A stretch of DNA of 64,000 nt, from NCBI GenBank assembly GCA_951406725.2, contig OX597826.1:53692001-53756000 (forward strand), read 5' to 3'. The notes under the pieces were generated by a model. It searched no databases, was not told the origin of the DNA, and saw nothing but the letters and a program-made list of their open reading frames with translations. Made by a program: the position numbers and the translations under genes. Source of the stretch: Octopus vulgaris (taxonomy: Eukaryota). Shown one piece after another: positions 1-13,181 of this stretch. Every line of letters starts with the position of its first letter. Positions within the stretch are counted from its first letter, which is position 1.

Positions 1-129
1 ACCAACATCATAGTCTATATCTGAGCAAGTCTCCAGAGAAGCACAAATGTAAATAAATACATGGATACATACATGTACACACCTCAGTACAAAAGTTATG
101 TTTTCTCTTGAAGGTCACAAAATACTTTA

Positions 130-415
130 GCATTGGTCACTTACTGATTCTCTACAAAAGACTCATCAAGCCAAATGAAATCATAGCTGTGGCCAATGCC
201 AGTGTTATGTAACTGATACTTGCACTGGTGGGACATAAAAATCACCCATTACTCTCTTGGAGTGGTTGGCGTTAGGAAGGGCATCTAGTCATAGAAACCA
301 TGCCAAATCAGATTAGAACCTGGTGCAGCTCTCCAGCTTACCAGTTTCATTCAAACCACCTAACCTATGCCCGCATGAAAAGCAGACACTAAATGATGAT
401 GATGATGATGATGAT
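130..415 (+). mobile_element. RTE-LINE 3' end (family C), degenerate
   Basis: GGAGTGGTTGGCGTTAGGAAGGGCATC...CCTGGTGCAGC...AAATGATGATGAT tail; upstream part matches the sequence after the RTE ORF end at ~45400-45480 (-). Confidence 0.75.
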
Positions 416-419
416 AACT

Positions 420-730
420 GATAGTAGAGCACAGCTCAAATATCTGAGACTGAGTTTTGGCTGTATGCAGTCAGTAGAGTACAGCTCAAATATTTGGGAA
501 TGACCTTTAGCTAGATACAGATAGTAGAGTACTGCTCAAGGAAACTAGGACAGATCTATAGCTACACATAGACAATAGAGTTCCACACATATCTAGGGCA
601 GACCTGTAGCAATATACAGACAGTAGAGTACTATTTACATATTTAGGAGTGACCTGTAGCTATATACAGCTAATACAGTACAGCTCACATGTTTCAGACT
701 GACCTGTAGTTACATACAGACATTTGAGTA
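420..730. repeat. Degenerate ~50-bp minisatellite, ~6 units
   Basis: GA(T/C)AGTAGAG-like unit starts at 420, 470, 520, 571, 619, 669, 719; shared TGACCTGTAGCTA core. Confidence 0.85.
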
Positions 731-880
731 TCATCACTCACAACATTTACGATTGGTCAAAAACAGCATCCTGACAGCTGATTGGAAAAAAAAGCATCTA
801 GCTGAAAGGTAAAAGAATGATTCACCAATATACAGCATCTACAAAACCAAAAACATGATGCTTCTTTGCCCTGCCTCTAT

Positions 881-881
881 A

Positions 882-943
<62 letters not shown>

Positions 944-1110
944 CACCACTACCACCACCACTACTACTACTACTATTACTTCCTCTTCTTCTGCTCCGAT
1001 AAAATGACAAGCTGCATACCACTACTGCCACTGCCATCACCACCACCACCACCACCAACAACAACAACACTAACTACCACTATTGTTGCCACCACCACCA
1101 TCAGTACCAC
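881..1110. repeat. Compound (TAC)n/(CAC)n/(AAC)n microsatellite
   Basis: Direct reading; explains ORFs 822..1070 and 866..1189. Confidence 0.95.
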
Positions 1111-1164
1111 CCAATCCTATCTAATTCTCTTCACCTCTCTTTATCTTCTCTACTGCTGTTCTTA

Positions 1165-1330
1165 TTGTTTAACCCCAGGTCAGCTTTAACTCAGCAGACC
1201 TATGATCAAAGGTATTGCAATTGTGGTCATCTTTCTTTCTTAGGCATAGAGAGTCAACCAATGCATCCTTTTCTTAAGATAGCTGGGAGTATGATAAGAA
1301 GGACACTTGGCTGCTCTTTCTAGCAAGTCC
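1165..1330. mobile_element. Old interspersed repeat (family F); related copies at ~1940-2120, 2150-2290, 7290-7480, 57600-57660, 60290-60500
   Basis: Shared TTTAACCCCAGGTCA...CTATGATCAAAGG...TTGGCTGCTATTTCTAGCAAG motifs across copies. Confidence 0.6.
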
Positions 1331-2320
1331 ATTCCAACTCATCTCCTAACTACACACTTAGCTGAGCAATCCTTTTTACTCAGAATTTCATCCTTCTGGA
1401 ACACCTTTTGTACCACATTGACGTTTTCTTCAACTACTGAATGTCAACTGCATTTTTTGCACTAATGTTTTGGTGGGTGAGAAGCACGTGTGTGTGTGTA
1501 TGTGTGGAGTGTCATGTAAAGATCAATGCAACAAAAGATAGATTGATTCATCATCATCATTTAATGTTTGTTTTCCATGCCGGTTGGGCAATTTGACAGG
1601 AGCTGGTTTTGTCAAAAGCAGTACACTGACAGCTGTTTCGGCAAAATTTCTATGGCTGGATACCCTTCCTAATCCCAATCACTTTACATAATGTATTGAG
1701 TGCTTTTTGATTGGTAAATAAAAATGCTTTCTCAAGTTCAGACTAAAGAAATTTTGATTGGATATATCCAATTTCCTCAATAAAAGAATTAAGTAATAAA
1801 AGACAAAATTGTAACTTTGAACATCTGTACAACTGGTTCATTTCTGAAGTGTGCCCGACTACAGATTTCATCACATTTTAATGTCACATGGAGAAAGCTA
1901 CATAATACAATCCAGATGTATGTATGTGGTTGTTGGTGTTTAACCCTAGGTCAACCCTCATTGAACAGGGCTATGATTAAAGGCATTCAGTGACAATCCC
2001 ATCATTTGGTACAAGTAGGATTACTTTGATCCATGTATTCTTCCCTTTTTAAGATGATATGATGTAATTTTAAGAGAATTTGGCTGCTATTTCTGCAAGC
2101 CAAGTGGATGCTTAGAAGCTTCCCTTTATATCTGTGATTATTTTTGTTTTAAGTGACCAACCCATTTTTTGCGGGGTAATTAGGAATGCCTTATGTGATA
2201 TATCCTTTATTTAAAACAGTATGTGCAATTTGAAGATGATTTGGCAGTTATTTTTAGCAAGTTAGAGCAACCATATGAAGACTCCTTTATTGGCTTGTAT
2301 TTGGACATGTATATGATAGG

Positions 2321-2526
2321 GTGCTGAAAGGTTCCTGGCTTTAGGTAAAAGAAAATACAGGAGGATCAGTTAATTATGATTTTAATTTAACATATTCCGC
2401 TCTCAGATTTGTATACATTTCGTGCAGCTGTCTTTCAGTTTTTCAAAGCCTTGTAAAAGAACTCAGAAGGTTAGGCCTCCAACCAGGCCTTTCCCAATAC
2501 CCTTAAAGTCAGGAACTTTTCAACAC
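2321..2526. mobile_element. Mariner-type MITE
   Basis: TIRs GTGCTGAAAGGTTCCTGGCTTTAGG (2321-2345) and CCTTAAAGTCAGGAACTTTTCAACAC (2501-2526); resembles the mariner TIR at ~53600-53624. Confidence 0.7.
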
Positions 2527-2564
2527 AATTTGTCAGTGTGTGTGTGTGTACCTGTGACTCTGTA

Positions 2565-2853
2565 AATGGTGTAAAGCACCATCCGATTGTGGCCGTTGCC
2601 AGCCTCGTCTGGCCTCCGTGCCGGTGGCACGTAAAAAGCACCATCCGATCGTGGCCATTGCCAGCCTTGTCTGGCACATAAAAAGCACTCCTACACTCAC
2701 GGAGTAGTTGGTGTTAGGAAGGGCATCAAGCTGTAGAAACACTGCCAGATCAGACTGGGCCTGGTGCAGCCTTCTGGCTTCCCAGACCCCAGTTGAACCG
2801 TCCAATCCATGCTAGCATGGAAAGCAGACATTAAACGATGCTGATGATGATGA
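2565..2853 (+). mobile_element. RTE-LINE 3' end (family C) with internal ~60-bp repeats
   Basis: AAAGCACCATCCGAT(C/T)GTGGCC units, TTAGGAAGGGCATC core, (GAT)n tail. Confidence 0.85.
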
Positions 2854-4024
2854 TATATATATATATTTTATCCTTCGAAACGTTTAGTAGATGAAACTTT
2901 AGCGACTGAAGAAGGGGATTTTTCGTTGTGCTTATTGTCCTGTATCTCCCTTTTTTTGCTTGTCTTGTTCCTTGGTTTGTGTCTATGTTTTTCGTCTCTC
3001 TATGTGTTCGACGTCCTTTTGGTGTCCTGTACACATATATGCGTGTATATGTACATGTAGAGGTAGGTACGTACATATATGTTTATATATATGCATATAT
3101 TTTATTAACATATATATATATATATATGAGTATGAAGGAGTATATGTATAAGTGATTGCGTATATTTAATTCATGCAAGAATTCATAATTCTTTTGAATG
3201 TATAAATTAGATGAAATCATAAATGTGTGAGTCTATATGTCTGTATGTGTGGCATGCACATGCCTGTCTGCATGTGCATGTTGATGCAGACATCCCTGGA
3301 AACAGATTACTTCTGCATGTCTGGGTTACAAAAAGAACATGACTATAACAGTTTCAGAACCAGTTTAATGCACACTTTTTCTATAGATTAGATTTACTGT
3401 CAGCGGGAGGAAACTGTGAAATAATTGTTAGCTTAAACATCTTTCAGAAAAGTGATATTATTGATTTATTTTCTTCTATTATGATTTTTTTTGCAATTTT
3501 TATTTCTTTACATCAAACTAATTAACCTACTGACAAAATAATTAATTAATAAGAAATTAATAAAGTATCAAGACATACTATTTGACTCGAGAATACTCAA
3601 CACACAGACATGCTGTATCCTCTCTCTCTAGCTTTTCTACTGCTACTATGATGGCCTCTTCTCCTCAAAGCTGGCTGGTTTTGTACTACCCCAGCTCAGA
3701 TGTTCTCGTTTCACTTATCTCCTTCCTCTCATTACTTGTAACATGTCCCCACTGACAACCCAATACAAATCACTATACCCTGTTTTTCTTTCTCTGAAAG
3801 TCAGTTCTCTGGAATTCGTTTCCTACTCATGATATTCCTGTAATTGTAGTCTATAACTCGCAACTATTCAAGGGACACTAACCACACTGGCTTCTCTGAT
3901 CTGAGAGGCTCTAACAAAGACCTTCAGCACAATCCCTCATAATACTGAAGAAATCTCTAAACTATTAATCTTGTGCCAGAGGCATATAAATACCCTTTTA
4001 GACAAATCGCAAATTATCTAATAA

Positions 4025-4368
4025 AGGTTTCAAATTTTGATGTAAGACCAGCAACTTCAGGGACGGGATTAAGTTGATTACAGACATAAAATGCTGCAAA
4101 TGCTGGTGTGTTAACAATTCTGCCAGCTTGCTGCCTTTGTGAATTATCTAATAATCCTTCCTACTAAAGGCACAAGACCTGAAATTTGGGGGAGGGGGTA
4201 GGTCAATTACATCGACCCCAGTACTCAACTGGTACTTATTTTTTCGACCTCGAAAGGATGAAAGGCAAAGTCAATCTTAGCAGCATTTGAACTCAGAACG
4301 TAAAGACAAGACAAAATGCTGCAAAGTGTTTTGCCTAGCATGCTAACAATTCTACCAGCTTGCCGCCT
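4025..4368 (-). mobile_element. Two tandem SINE-B copies (tRNA-derived)
   Basis: Reverse complement of GAGCTGGCAGAA...GTTCTGAGTTCAAAT...TTTGCCTTTCATCCTTTCG..GTCGA. Confidence 0.8.
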
Positions 4369-4542
4369 TTCTGAAATTTCCAAGAATAGCAACGTGAAAT
4401 AGCAAGTAAAGAATTTGTTCATTGACTTTTATATCCATTTTTTTACCATGCTAGCATGGGTCACATGAATGTATTATTGAGTCACTGTCCTACTGCTGGA
4501 TGCTCTTCCTGTCTCTAACTCTTACATATTTTCTTTTACAAA

Positions 4543-4970
4543 GGCATAGCTATGTGGTTAAGAAACTTACTTCCCAACCATGTGATTTTGGGTTCAGTCC
4601 CATGGCATAGCACTTTCAGCAAGTGCCCTCTACTAAAATCCCAAGCCAAACGACGCTATATTAATGAATTTGGTACATGGAAACTGAAAGAAGCCCATTA
4701 TATAAGTATGTGTGTGCATGTGTGTGTTTGCGCTCTGGTTGCCACCACTACTTGATAAGCAGTATTCATTTGTCTACAACCTCATAATTTAGCAGTTTGA
4801 CTAAAGAGACTGATAGAATAAGAATATTCTGAGTTCAAATTCCACCAAGGTTGACATTGCTTTTATCCTTTCAGGGTCGATAGAATAAGTATCAGTCAAA
4901 CAGCAGGGTCAATGTTATTGACTTACTTCCTCCCACAAAATTTCAGGCCTTGTGCTTATAGCAGAAAGGA
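4543..4970 (+). mobile_element. SINE-A followed by SINE-B fragment
   Basis: tRNA-like head ...GGGTTCAGTCCC, GGAAACTGAAAGAAGCCC; then TTCTGAGTTCAAATTCC...CCTTTCAGGGTCGA. Confidence 0.75.
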
Positions 4971-5596
4971 ATATGCATCAGAATTATGAATTGATATAAA
5001 GGTACATAAAGAAAAGAAGTGGTAATCATAAAATGACTCAATTTGACATTTTACTATAGCATTGGGCTACGGAAATTTTACGTACAGAGCATTCTGGTCC
5101 ATGAAAGGAGAAAGTCTTCACCACAATAACAGATCTTTGAAAATGATGCTGTATTTTGTGTCTAATGTATGTATTAATACACTTTTAATCTGATCTTAGT
5201 TATAAATAGCAACAATAGGAGTACTATGAAGAATTTAGATAGCATTACTAATATATTTACTAATAGCTTCTGATCATTAAAATAGCTATAATGAAGAAGC
5301 CACTTCACGTAGTTAATGAAAGGGTTAACTGTTTTTATATATATACACATATACATACATACATAACTGGAATTCTAAAATCTATAAATTCTAGAATATA
5401 TATATATATATATATTATTGAAGTAGATAAATGAATTATCTTATTACGGATTATTCAAATGATAACCGACACCTGGGTAGCAAAAATCACAACAGAAAAA
5501 GCACGGTTGAGGTTACGACCATGGGGCCTAAAATCCGTGCCTTAGTGCAGAAATTTTGTTAAATCTTCGTTCAGCTCCATTTCTTCCTACACTAAA

Positions 5597-5644
<48 letters not shown>

Positions 5645-6047
5645 CACATATATATACACATACATACATAACTGGAATTCTAAAATCTATAATAGTAACT
5701 GGTATCATGAGCAGTACAAATGGAAAGGGTTATAGCTTTATAGACAAAAATCAGTCATTATTATTTTATCATATTAGATTTTGATTTTTTTTTATGGACA
5801 TTTTATGCCACAAACATTTTATAATTGAGCATTTGTTGTCTTAGTCATGAAAAAGAATTAAAATTCTAAGTGAGCTGTATGGTTAAGAAGCTCTCTTGGC
5901 AACCAGGTGGTTTTACGTTCAGTCTCGTTGCAAGACACCTTGGGAAAGTGTCTTCTACAATAACCTCAGGCTTACAAGTGCCCTTTGAGTGAATTTGGTA
6001 GAGAGAAACTGTATGGAAGCCCATTGTACATCAACCTCTCTGTCTGT

Positions 6048-6430
6048 CTAAAAAGATGGGTGAATGTAGCAAGGATGGCACGAATGAATGACGAAGCCAC
6101 CTTGGGCATGATCCTATGAACCCGGAAAAATTTACTTACTTGCAAATAAATGTATTAACATGTGACATTATTGACCAAGGTTACCGTGGTCTTTCCGTAG
6201 GCTTTTCTTTCCAAGGATAAACCTTATCTGTTTCTCCCTTTACACTTTACATCATGACATTTCTGTGATACATGATCCCTATTGATCGTTTTTTTTTTTA
6301 ATGATCACTTTTGATCGAAAACCTACCCTCCTTTTTTTTCTCCTTCCCAAAAAGAAAAGCTCTACTTTGTAATTTGTCCCCTCTGTGTTCAACCCTGTGT
6401 GGCTAATAAAGAAACATATCTATCTATCTA
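6048..6430 (+). mobile_element. 5'-truncated LINE 3' end (probably L1/Tx1-like): ORF end plus 3' UTR
   Basis: Frame LKRWVNVARMARMNDEATLGMIL* (6048-6119), T-rich UTR, AATAAA and (TATC)n tail; clade is inference. Confidence 0.5.
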
Positions 6431-6457
6431 TATGTGTATATGTATATATATATACTA

Positions 6458-6640
6458 TGCAGGTGGCACGTAAAAAACACCCACTACACTCGCGGAGTGG
6501 TTGGCATTAGGAAGGGCATCCAGCCGTAGAAACACTGCCAGATCTGACTGGGCCTGACGAAGCCTTCCAGCTTCACAGACCCCAGTTGACCCGTCCAACC
6601 CATGATAGCATGGAAAGCGGACGCTAAATGATGATGATGA

Positions 6641-6642
<2 letters not shown>
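6458..6642 (+). mobile_element. RTE-LINE 3' end (family C)
   Basis: GTGGCACGTAAAAAACACCCACTACACTC...GGAAAGCGGACG...(GAT)n. Confidence 0.85.
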
Positions 6643-6685
<43 letters not shown>

Positions 6686-6744
6686 AATATATATATATAT
6701 ATATATATATGAATAGATAGATCTTTGTATATATAATGTGCATG

Positions 6745-7015
6745 TATGGCCTAGTAGTTAGGGTGTTGTGCTCACAATTGTAGGAATGTGGTTGTGATTT
6801 CTGGACCAGGTGCTGTGTTCTTGAGCAAAACACTTCATTTCATGTTGCTCTATAAGCCACTTTGACATCTGACACCATGCATTTGTACAGGTAATGTCAG
6901 ATGGCTGGAGAGTGAGCTAATGTGTGGCACAAACGTTTGATCACCATAATCAAATCATCTGTGCATGTTGATTAGCAAGAAGCTGTGGAACTCTCATCTG
7001 TTGTTTACAACAGGA
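6745..7015 (+). mobile_element. tRNA-derived SINE-G (second copy at 44140-44430)
   Basis: ATGGCCTAGTAGTTAGGGTGTTG head, CTTGAGCAA core, GAGCTAATGT...CAAATCAT body shared with 44140-44430. Confidence 0.7.
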
Positions 7016-9327
7016 GAATCCATCATGTATATGTGTGTGTGTGTCTTCATGTCTGTGTTGGCTGCCACCCCACCAAATTATAACTGGTGTTGGTTCACTG
7101 AAGTCTCTATAACTTAGTGGTTCAGTAAGAGAGACTTGCTGAATAAGTGCTAGAATTAAAAAATGAATACTGGGAATGATTTGCTTGACTAAACTTGTCA
7201 TGGCATTGTCCCAGCATGGCCACGGTCCAATGACTGAAACAAGTTAAAGATAAACGATATAGTGAACTTCTTCAAAATTAACTTCAGAAAATGGTTGCTT
7301 GACTTGTTAGAAACAATAACCAAATCTCCTTCAAATCACAGCTAAGTGTCTTAAAAATGGAAACGACACATAATCCAATATAGTCCTACTAAGAAGCCCT
7401 GATAAAAACACAAAAGTCATAACATGAATACTTTTGACCATAAGTTTACTCAATCAGAACTGACCAGGGGGTTAAAGGACAGCATTTGAAAAATCTGCCT
7501 AAAGGAACCAAGCTCTGTTTGGTGTGTTAGGGAGTTTTCAAGTTGTAATCAATATTTTCTTCACAAAACTTCAAAAAGAGAAATTATAGATTTGTATATC
7601 TACAATACCCTAAAGCTATTTCAAAATCTGAACTTATAGATTACACACAGTAAAGAAAACAGAAAACTTATCTCTCACATCTCTTTAAAGTTGAAATAAT
7701 TATCAGAATATTTGTTGGCAATATATTTATTTTTTAAAAATCTTATAACACTTCATATGATTTTTTTGAAATCTTTCATTTCAATCTTTGAAAACTTCCT
7801 ACTTCTTCAAGAGTAGGAAGTTTTCACTTTGTCTTTCTGTCTTTCCTTGTAATTCCATTTTGAAGATATTTTGTAGGTTTCAAATAAATCTTTTTTTTTT
7901 CTTTTTTTTTTTTACCTACAACTACCTTGGCTTTCTTAGGTTTAAACTTTCCTTTGTGCATAATGTGCATGTACATGCATACATGAGTGTGTAAAAATCT
8001 CTTTTTTGGAATAATGGCTTTCAAAGCACACGTCTCACTATAGCTTGTATATATTGTGTTGGAAAACCGTTTTCAACTTCATATCTACATTTTATTCTTT
8101 AGAATTGTATGTGATGTGCATCCAGATTATTTCATATTCTCTGAAAACTTTATAAAATTCTAATGATATCAACGGTATGTATGTATGCGCGTGTGTGTGT
8201 ATGTGTGTGTGTACACTATTATTCAACAACAAAATTTACACATACATACTCAATCCATGTGAATCCTTAATGAATTTAAATTCTGCCGAGTTTAACTTTG
8301 TCTTTAATCCTTTGGGTTGATACAATAAAATAGCAGTTAAGCACTGGAGTTGATAGTACCAACTAAGCCCCTCCCCTCAAAACTGCTTCCTTTGTGCCTA
8401 AATCAGAAACTAATTATTTTCATTTATTAATTCTCTCCATCACTCTTCTGACTATACTGCTATTCACTCAGCTGCTCTATTTCTTCAAGAGTAGGACTTA
8501 GTTCCCCTTTTGTGTTACCAGTCATCACTCTCCTTAGAACCACTTCCCTTTCTCATGCAGCCTGCATTTTCAATATCATTCTTTACTATTTCATTTTCCA
8601 CTGAATGCTCCTCCTTTCCTCTGAACACACTTTCATATCTACTGTTGATGCCTTCCTACACTTTTGTTTGTCACTCACTATTTCCATCCCTACATGCCTC
8701 TGACCTCCATCTCTGTCACTGTACATCCCTATCTCTCACCCCTACTTCCACATCACATCATCTCATTATTTCTCATCTGTCTACAATTTTATTATACTGT
8801 TACTATCCAACCCATCAGCCACCTAGCACATTTTCCTCACTGACTCACTTTTATTCCCCTCGCTGTTCCCTCCACAAAAAAAAAAATGTATTCACCATTG
8901 ACCATGCCTCATTGTACTCAGCTCTATGCCCATCTCCAAACATCTGGCACTCTCATGAACTTACCTACCCAGCTGCCCTTTCTGATTCTGTCCCTATTTT
9001 CCCTTATATTCACCTTCTTGTACCTTGAGGGCATGCCCTGACACCTCATCACCAGTACAGGTTTCTGTCTCTCTATCATAGTTTAACCTCTCAACATATC
9101 ATGGAAAGATGCCCCTTCAATACGCCACCTCCACTCAGCTGAAGGGTCATGTCTTGTGAATTACTTGGTGACCTCAACAGCACTGGTGCCATGAAAAGTA
9201 GCAACCAGTACATTCTGTAAAGTGGCTGGTGTTGGGAAGGGCATCCAACTATAGAAACAATACCAAGACAGACACTGGATCCTGATACAGTCCTCTAACT
9301 TGTATGAGCCTGTTAAATTGTCCAAAC

Positions 9328-9522
9328 AAGTGGCGCATGATGGTTGTTGTATTGGGGTGTGCTGCCACACCCAATGCCCCTAAATTTCAAGCAGGGGTAT
9401 AAGTAAAGTTTTCCATTAAGATTTGTGATAATATTAATGCGTAGGATTAATGTTTATAATGAATTTGCCATTTTCAATGGGTGTGCAGAACACATCTAGC
9501 ACACCTGGAATATACGCCCCTG
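9328..9522. mobile_element. hAT-type MITE nested in a family-C copy (~9160-9580)
   Basis: 8-bp TSD GTCCAAAC at 9320-9327 and 9523-9530; imperfect TIR AAGTGGCGCAT / ATACGCCCCTG. Confidence 0.75.
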
Positions 9523-10304
9523 GTCCAAACCATACCAACATGGCAGAGGGACATTAAGTGATGATGATGATGATGATGATGAATTCTGTTTCAAGAACAC
9601 AATTTTGTAACTTCATGGTTTCAAGCTGAATCTCTGCACACAAGACCTTCAGCAAGTGTTTTCTACTGTAATCTTAGATCAACCAAATCTATATGAGTTA
9701 AATTTTGAAGACAGAGATTGCACAGAAGCCTTGGAGGAACTATTCCTTTCTTGGGCAGAAGACATATTCTATTGTCCAGTTTAATGCCAATATGTGACTC
9801 TTGGGTATATTTGGAAGAAGTAATTTTGTGGTATGTATCTAAACCAGGTTTATGCTGTGAGGATAACTTTTTCCTTTTCCCCACCAGTTCCAGAAATACT
9901 GAAAATTGTTAATCCATTCCTTCTCTTACAAAACTACCCTTCCCCCGCAAAAAACAAAATAATTAAAAAACAGAAAGGAAGAAAAAGTGTACAAATATAT
10001 AAAGTACATCTCTGTTACACTTCCTAATGTTTACTTCATACCTAAAAATAAATAGTCAAACACCACAAGTTAGGATGTGATTTCAGTTCAGTTTTCTAAT
10101 AATTCACTAAAAAATTCCTTACAGAGTCACTTCTGTTTTCAATTTGGCATGACTTGTGTAGATTTGGTTTACATTTGGTTTCTTATTTATTTATTTTTAT
10201 TGGTGATAAGATTGTTACGATGTTACAAATGTACGATAGAGTATCAAGAAACTGTTCCCTGTTCTAGTTTAAAGAAAAGAATGAAATCAAAGAGTAATAT
10301 ATAG

Positions 10305-10770
10305 CATCATCATCATCATCATCAGCATCGTTTAACATCCACTTTCCATGCTGGCATGGGTTGAACGATTTGACTGAGGACTGGCGAACCACATGGCTGC
10401 ACCAGACTCCAATTTGATCTGGCAGAGTTTCTACAGCTGGATGCCCTTCCTAACACCAACAACTCCAAGAGTGTAGTGGGTGTTTTTATGTGCCACCGGC
10501 ATATAAGGGCCAGTCAGGTGGTATTGGCAATGACCATGCTCAAATGGTGTTTTTTACGTGCCACCTGCACAGAAGTCTGTCCAGTGGCACTGGCAATGAC
10601 CTCGCTCAAAAGGTATTTTTCACGTGCCAGTAAGGCGACACTGGTAACAATCACGCTCGAATGGTGCTTTTTACGTGCCACCTGTACAGAAGCCAGTTAG
10701 CTGGTCTGGCAACGATCACGCTCATATGGTGCTTTTAGCGCTCCACTAGCATGGATGCCAGTCATCAAAT
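10305..10770 (-). mobile_element. RTE-LINE 3' end (family C) with expanded internal repeat array
   Basis: (CAT)n then GCTGGATGCCCTTCCTAAC; about 4 units of ATGGTG(C/T)TTTTTACGTGCCA. Confidence 0.85.
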
Positions 10771-12035
10771 TTGATTTCGATCGTTGCTATTGTGTAAAAA
10801 AAAATAAAGGTGAAGCAAGGGAACACCAAATATATAGTGCATGTGTTTTCATTGGCTAAACTGGCAACATGACCATCCTCAAATACAAAAATATCTGTTT
10901 CAACACACAAAGTCATATCAAAAATCTTGCAAAATGAATATGTAAACGTATATATTTACACTTTGAGAAAAACTTTGAATGCTTAAACTATGTACAGTAA
11001 AGCCTTAAGCCTTAGTAGGGATACATTATTTGGAAGCTACAACAATATGAGGAAGTGCATTGTGACCAGCAGGGTAAAACATGTGATAGTCTGATTGATA
11101 CAGATTATCTATCAAACCCACTCTCAAGGCTTTGGCTGGCCCAGGACAATAGTAGAAGACGCTTAAATAAAGTGCCATGCAGTGAGATTGAACTCAAAAC
11201 TATGCAGTTGAGAAGCGAGTTCTTATCATACAGCCATGCCTGTGCCTGTATATGCAGATAAAGGGAACTGAAACCACAAAAGCTATCGAGAACTAGTTTA
11301 CGTTCATTAGAGGTCGGTGTTAGGAAGGGTACCTAGCTGGAGAAACCAAGCAAAAAACAGGCTATGGAACCTGGTGTGGCTCCTGGTCTTGCCAGCCCCT
11401 TCAAACTGTCCAACCCATGCCAGCTTGGAAAACAGACGTTAAATGATGATGATGATGACGATGAATGGTAATGATGACGATGATGAACTCAACAGCTCTC
11501 TGGGTAGTTAAAGCCACAGTTGCTATGACTTTTCCTTTCATACTATCAAATTTTTATGACATTGGTTCCAGTAATTTATCCAATGTTAATACAAATATGC
11601 TAAAACCACCATACACATGACAGCAGAGGAACAATTAATGAAGAGATTTTGGAAATTATTTTGAAAAAATTTATATTGGTTGAATTAAATTCACTATACA
11701 TTGTCGTTAACAAAGCAGCCCTACATCTCATCAAAATTTTATTTATGTAAATGATATTAACTTCAAATAAGGTATAGCATTTCATTATTAATATATTCCA
11801 TTAAAAAAAAAAATTTGCTTAAAAAATATTGTTAAAAATATTTATCCGTGAAAAGCTTTGATACTGTGTGTACGTGTGCACATATATGTATGTGCATGTC
11901 TATGTATGTATACATGCATATTCTTGTATATGTTTCAGCCCTATGGCTGTGGCCATGCTGGGGCATCACTAGTGATATATATATATAGTTAATCCAAACA
12001 AGAAAACAAAAAAACACAACAACGCGAGGACGTGG

Positions 12036-12085
<50 letters not shown>

Positions 12086-12781
12086 TTGGACCTGAAAGTA
12101 CATATAAAGCTATAAATAATGACCTGTAAACATTGGGCCCAAAAACTCTCCTGGACAAGAAAAGTCAAGGGCTGTCTTCAACTTTTTCTTTTCAGGATCT
12201 CTTTTCAGTGTAGCGTTTACATGCTATTAGTTATAGCTTTCTATGTACTTTGACATTCAATTCCAAGACAGAATTATTACATGTTCTCTCAAAAGTTTAC
12301 CAATTCTTATGATGTCAACAAAACACACACTCACACACGCATGCAGGCACACCTTGGCAACTGGTTCCAAAACATGGGACTTAGCTTGAAAAACAATGTA
12401 ACATGATAAAACATTAAAAAAAATTTGTTAGCTTATATTTCAAGGGTGGCCAAACTGTGGCTCACGAACCACATGTGGTTCTTTGACCTTTAATATACAG
12501 CACGTTGAAATATGTTGGCTGAGCTCCTTTTTTCATCACACTTAATATAAAGGGTAAATAAGAAAAAATTTCAAGCTTTATAATCATTTACTGGGTATGA
12601 ACTGAGACCCCATTGGATTAAAACATAAGTTTAATGTTCATGGTTAATAAAAATATTTAAGAATTTAAATCCTAATTTTAATGCTAGATCTGAGTGAGGC
12701 GTTGTTCTTTAGTGCTGAGAGAAGGAATGGTGGGAGGCAGGAGGGATTGAAGAAATTTCTGGTCAGCAAGAGTTACAAAGG

Positions 12782-13181
12782 TGAGCTGGCAGAAACGTTA
12801 GCACTCCGGGTGAAATGCTTAGCGGTATTTCGTCTGCTGCTATGTTCTGAGTTCAAATTCTGCCGAGGTTGACTTTGCCTTTCATCCTTTCAGGGTCGAA
12901 TAAATAAGTACCAGCACACTGGAGTCAATGTAATCGACTTAATCCATTTGTCTGTCCTTGTTTGTCCTCTGTGCTTAGCCCCTTGTGGGTAGTAAAGAAA
13001 TAGGTATTTTGTCTGTCTTTACGTTCTGAGTTCAAATTACGCCAAGGTCAACTTTGCCTTTCATCCTTTTGGGGTCAATAAATTAAGTACCAGTTATGTA
13101 CTGGGGTCAATGTAATTGACTTAATCCCTTTGTCCTTGTTTGTCCCCTCTATGTTTAGCCCCTTGTGGGCAATAAAGAAAT
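12782..13181 (+). mobile_element. Dimeric SINE-B nested in the hAT element
   Basis: 14-bp TSD AAGAGTTACAAAGG at 12768-12781 and 13182-13195; body repeated twice. Confidence 0.9.

Noticed and set aside
8510-9028. 172-aa ORF
   Set aside because: Pyrimidine-rich S/L/H/P-biased frame typical of decayed repeat sequence; no domain recognised.
9663-9890. Possible minus-strand exon after TTTTCAG (FLELVGKRKK...)
   Set aside because: Short pyrimidine tract, no clear donor, frame runs into a SINE-A fragment, peptide not recognised.
10480-10750. Repeat-spacer appearance in family-C copies
   Set aside because: The intervening parts are diverged copies of each other within an RTE 3' UTR.
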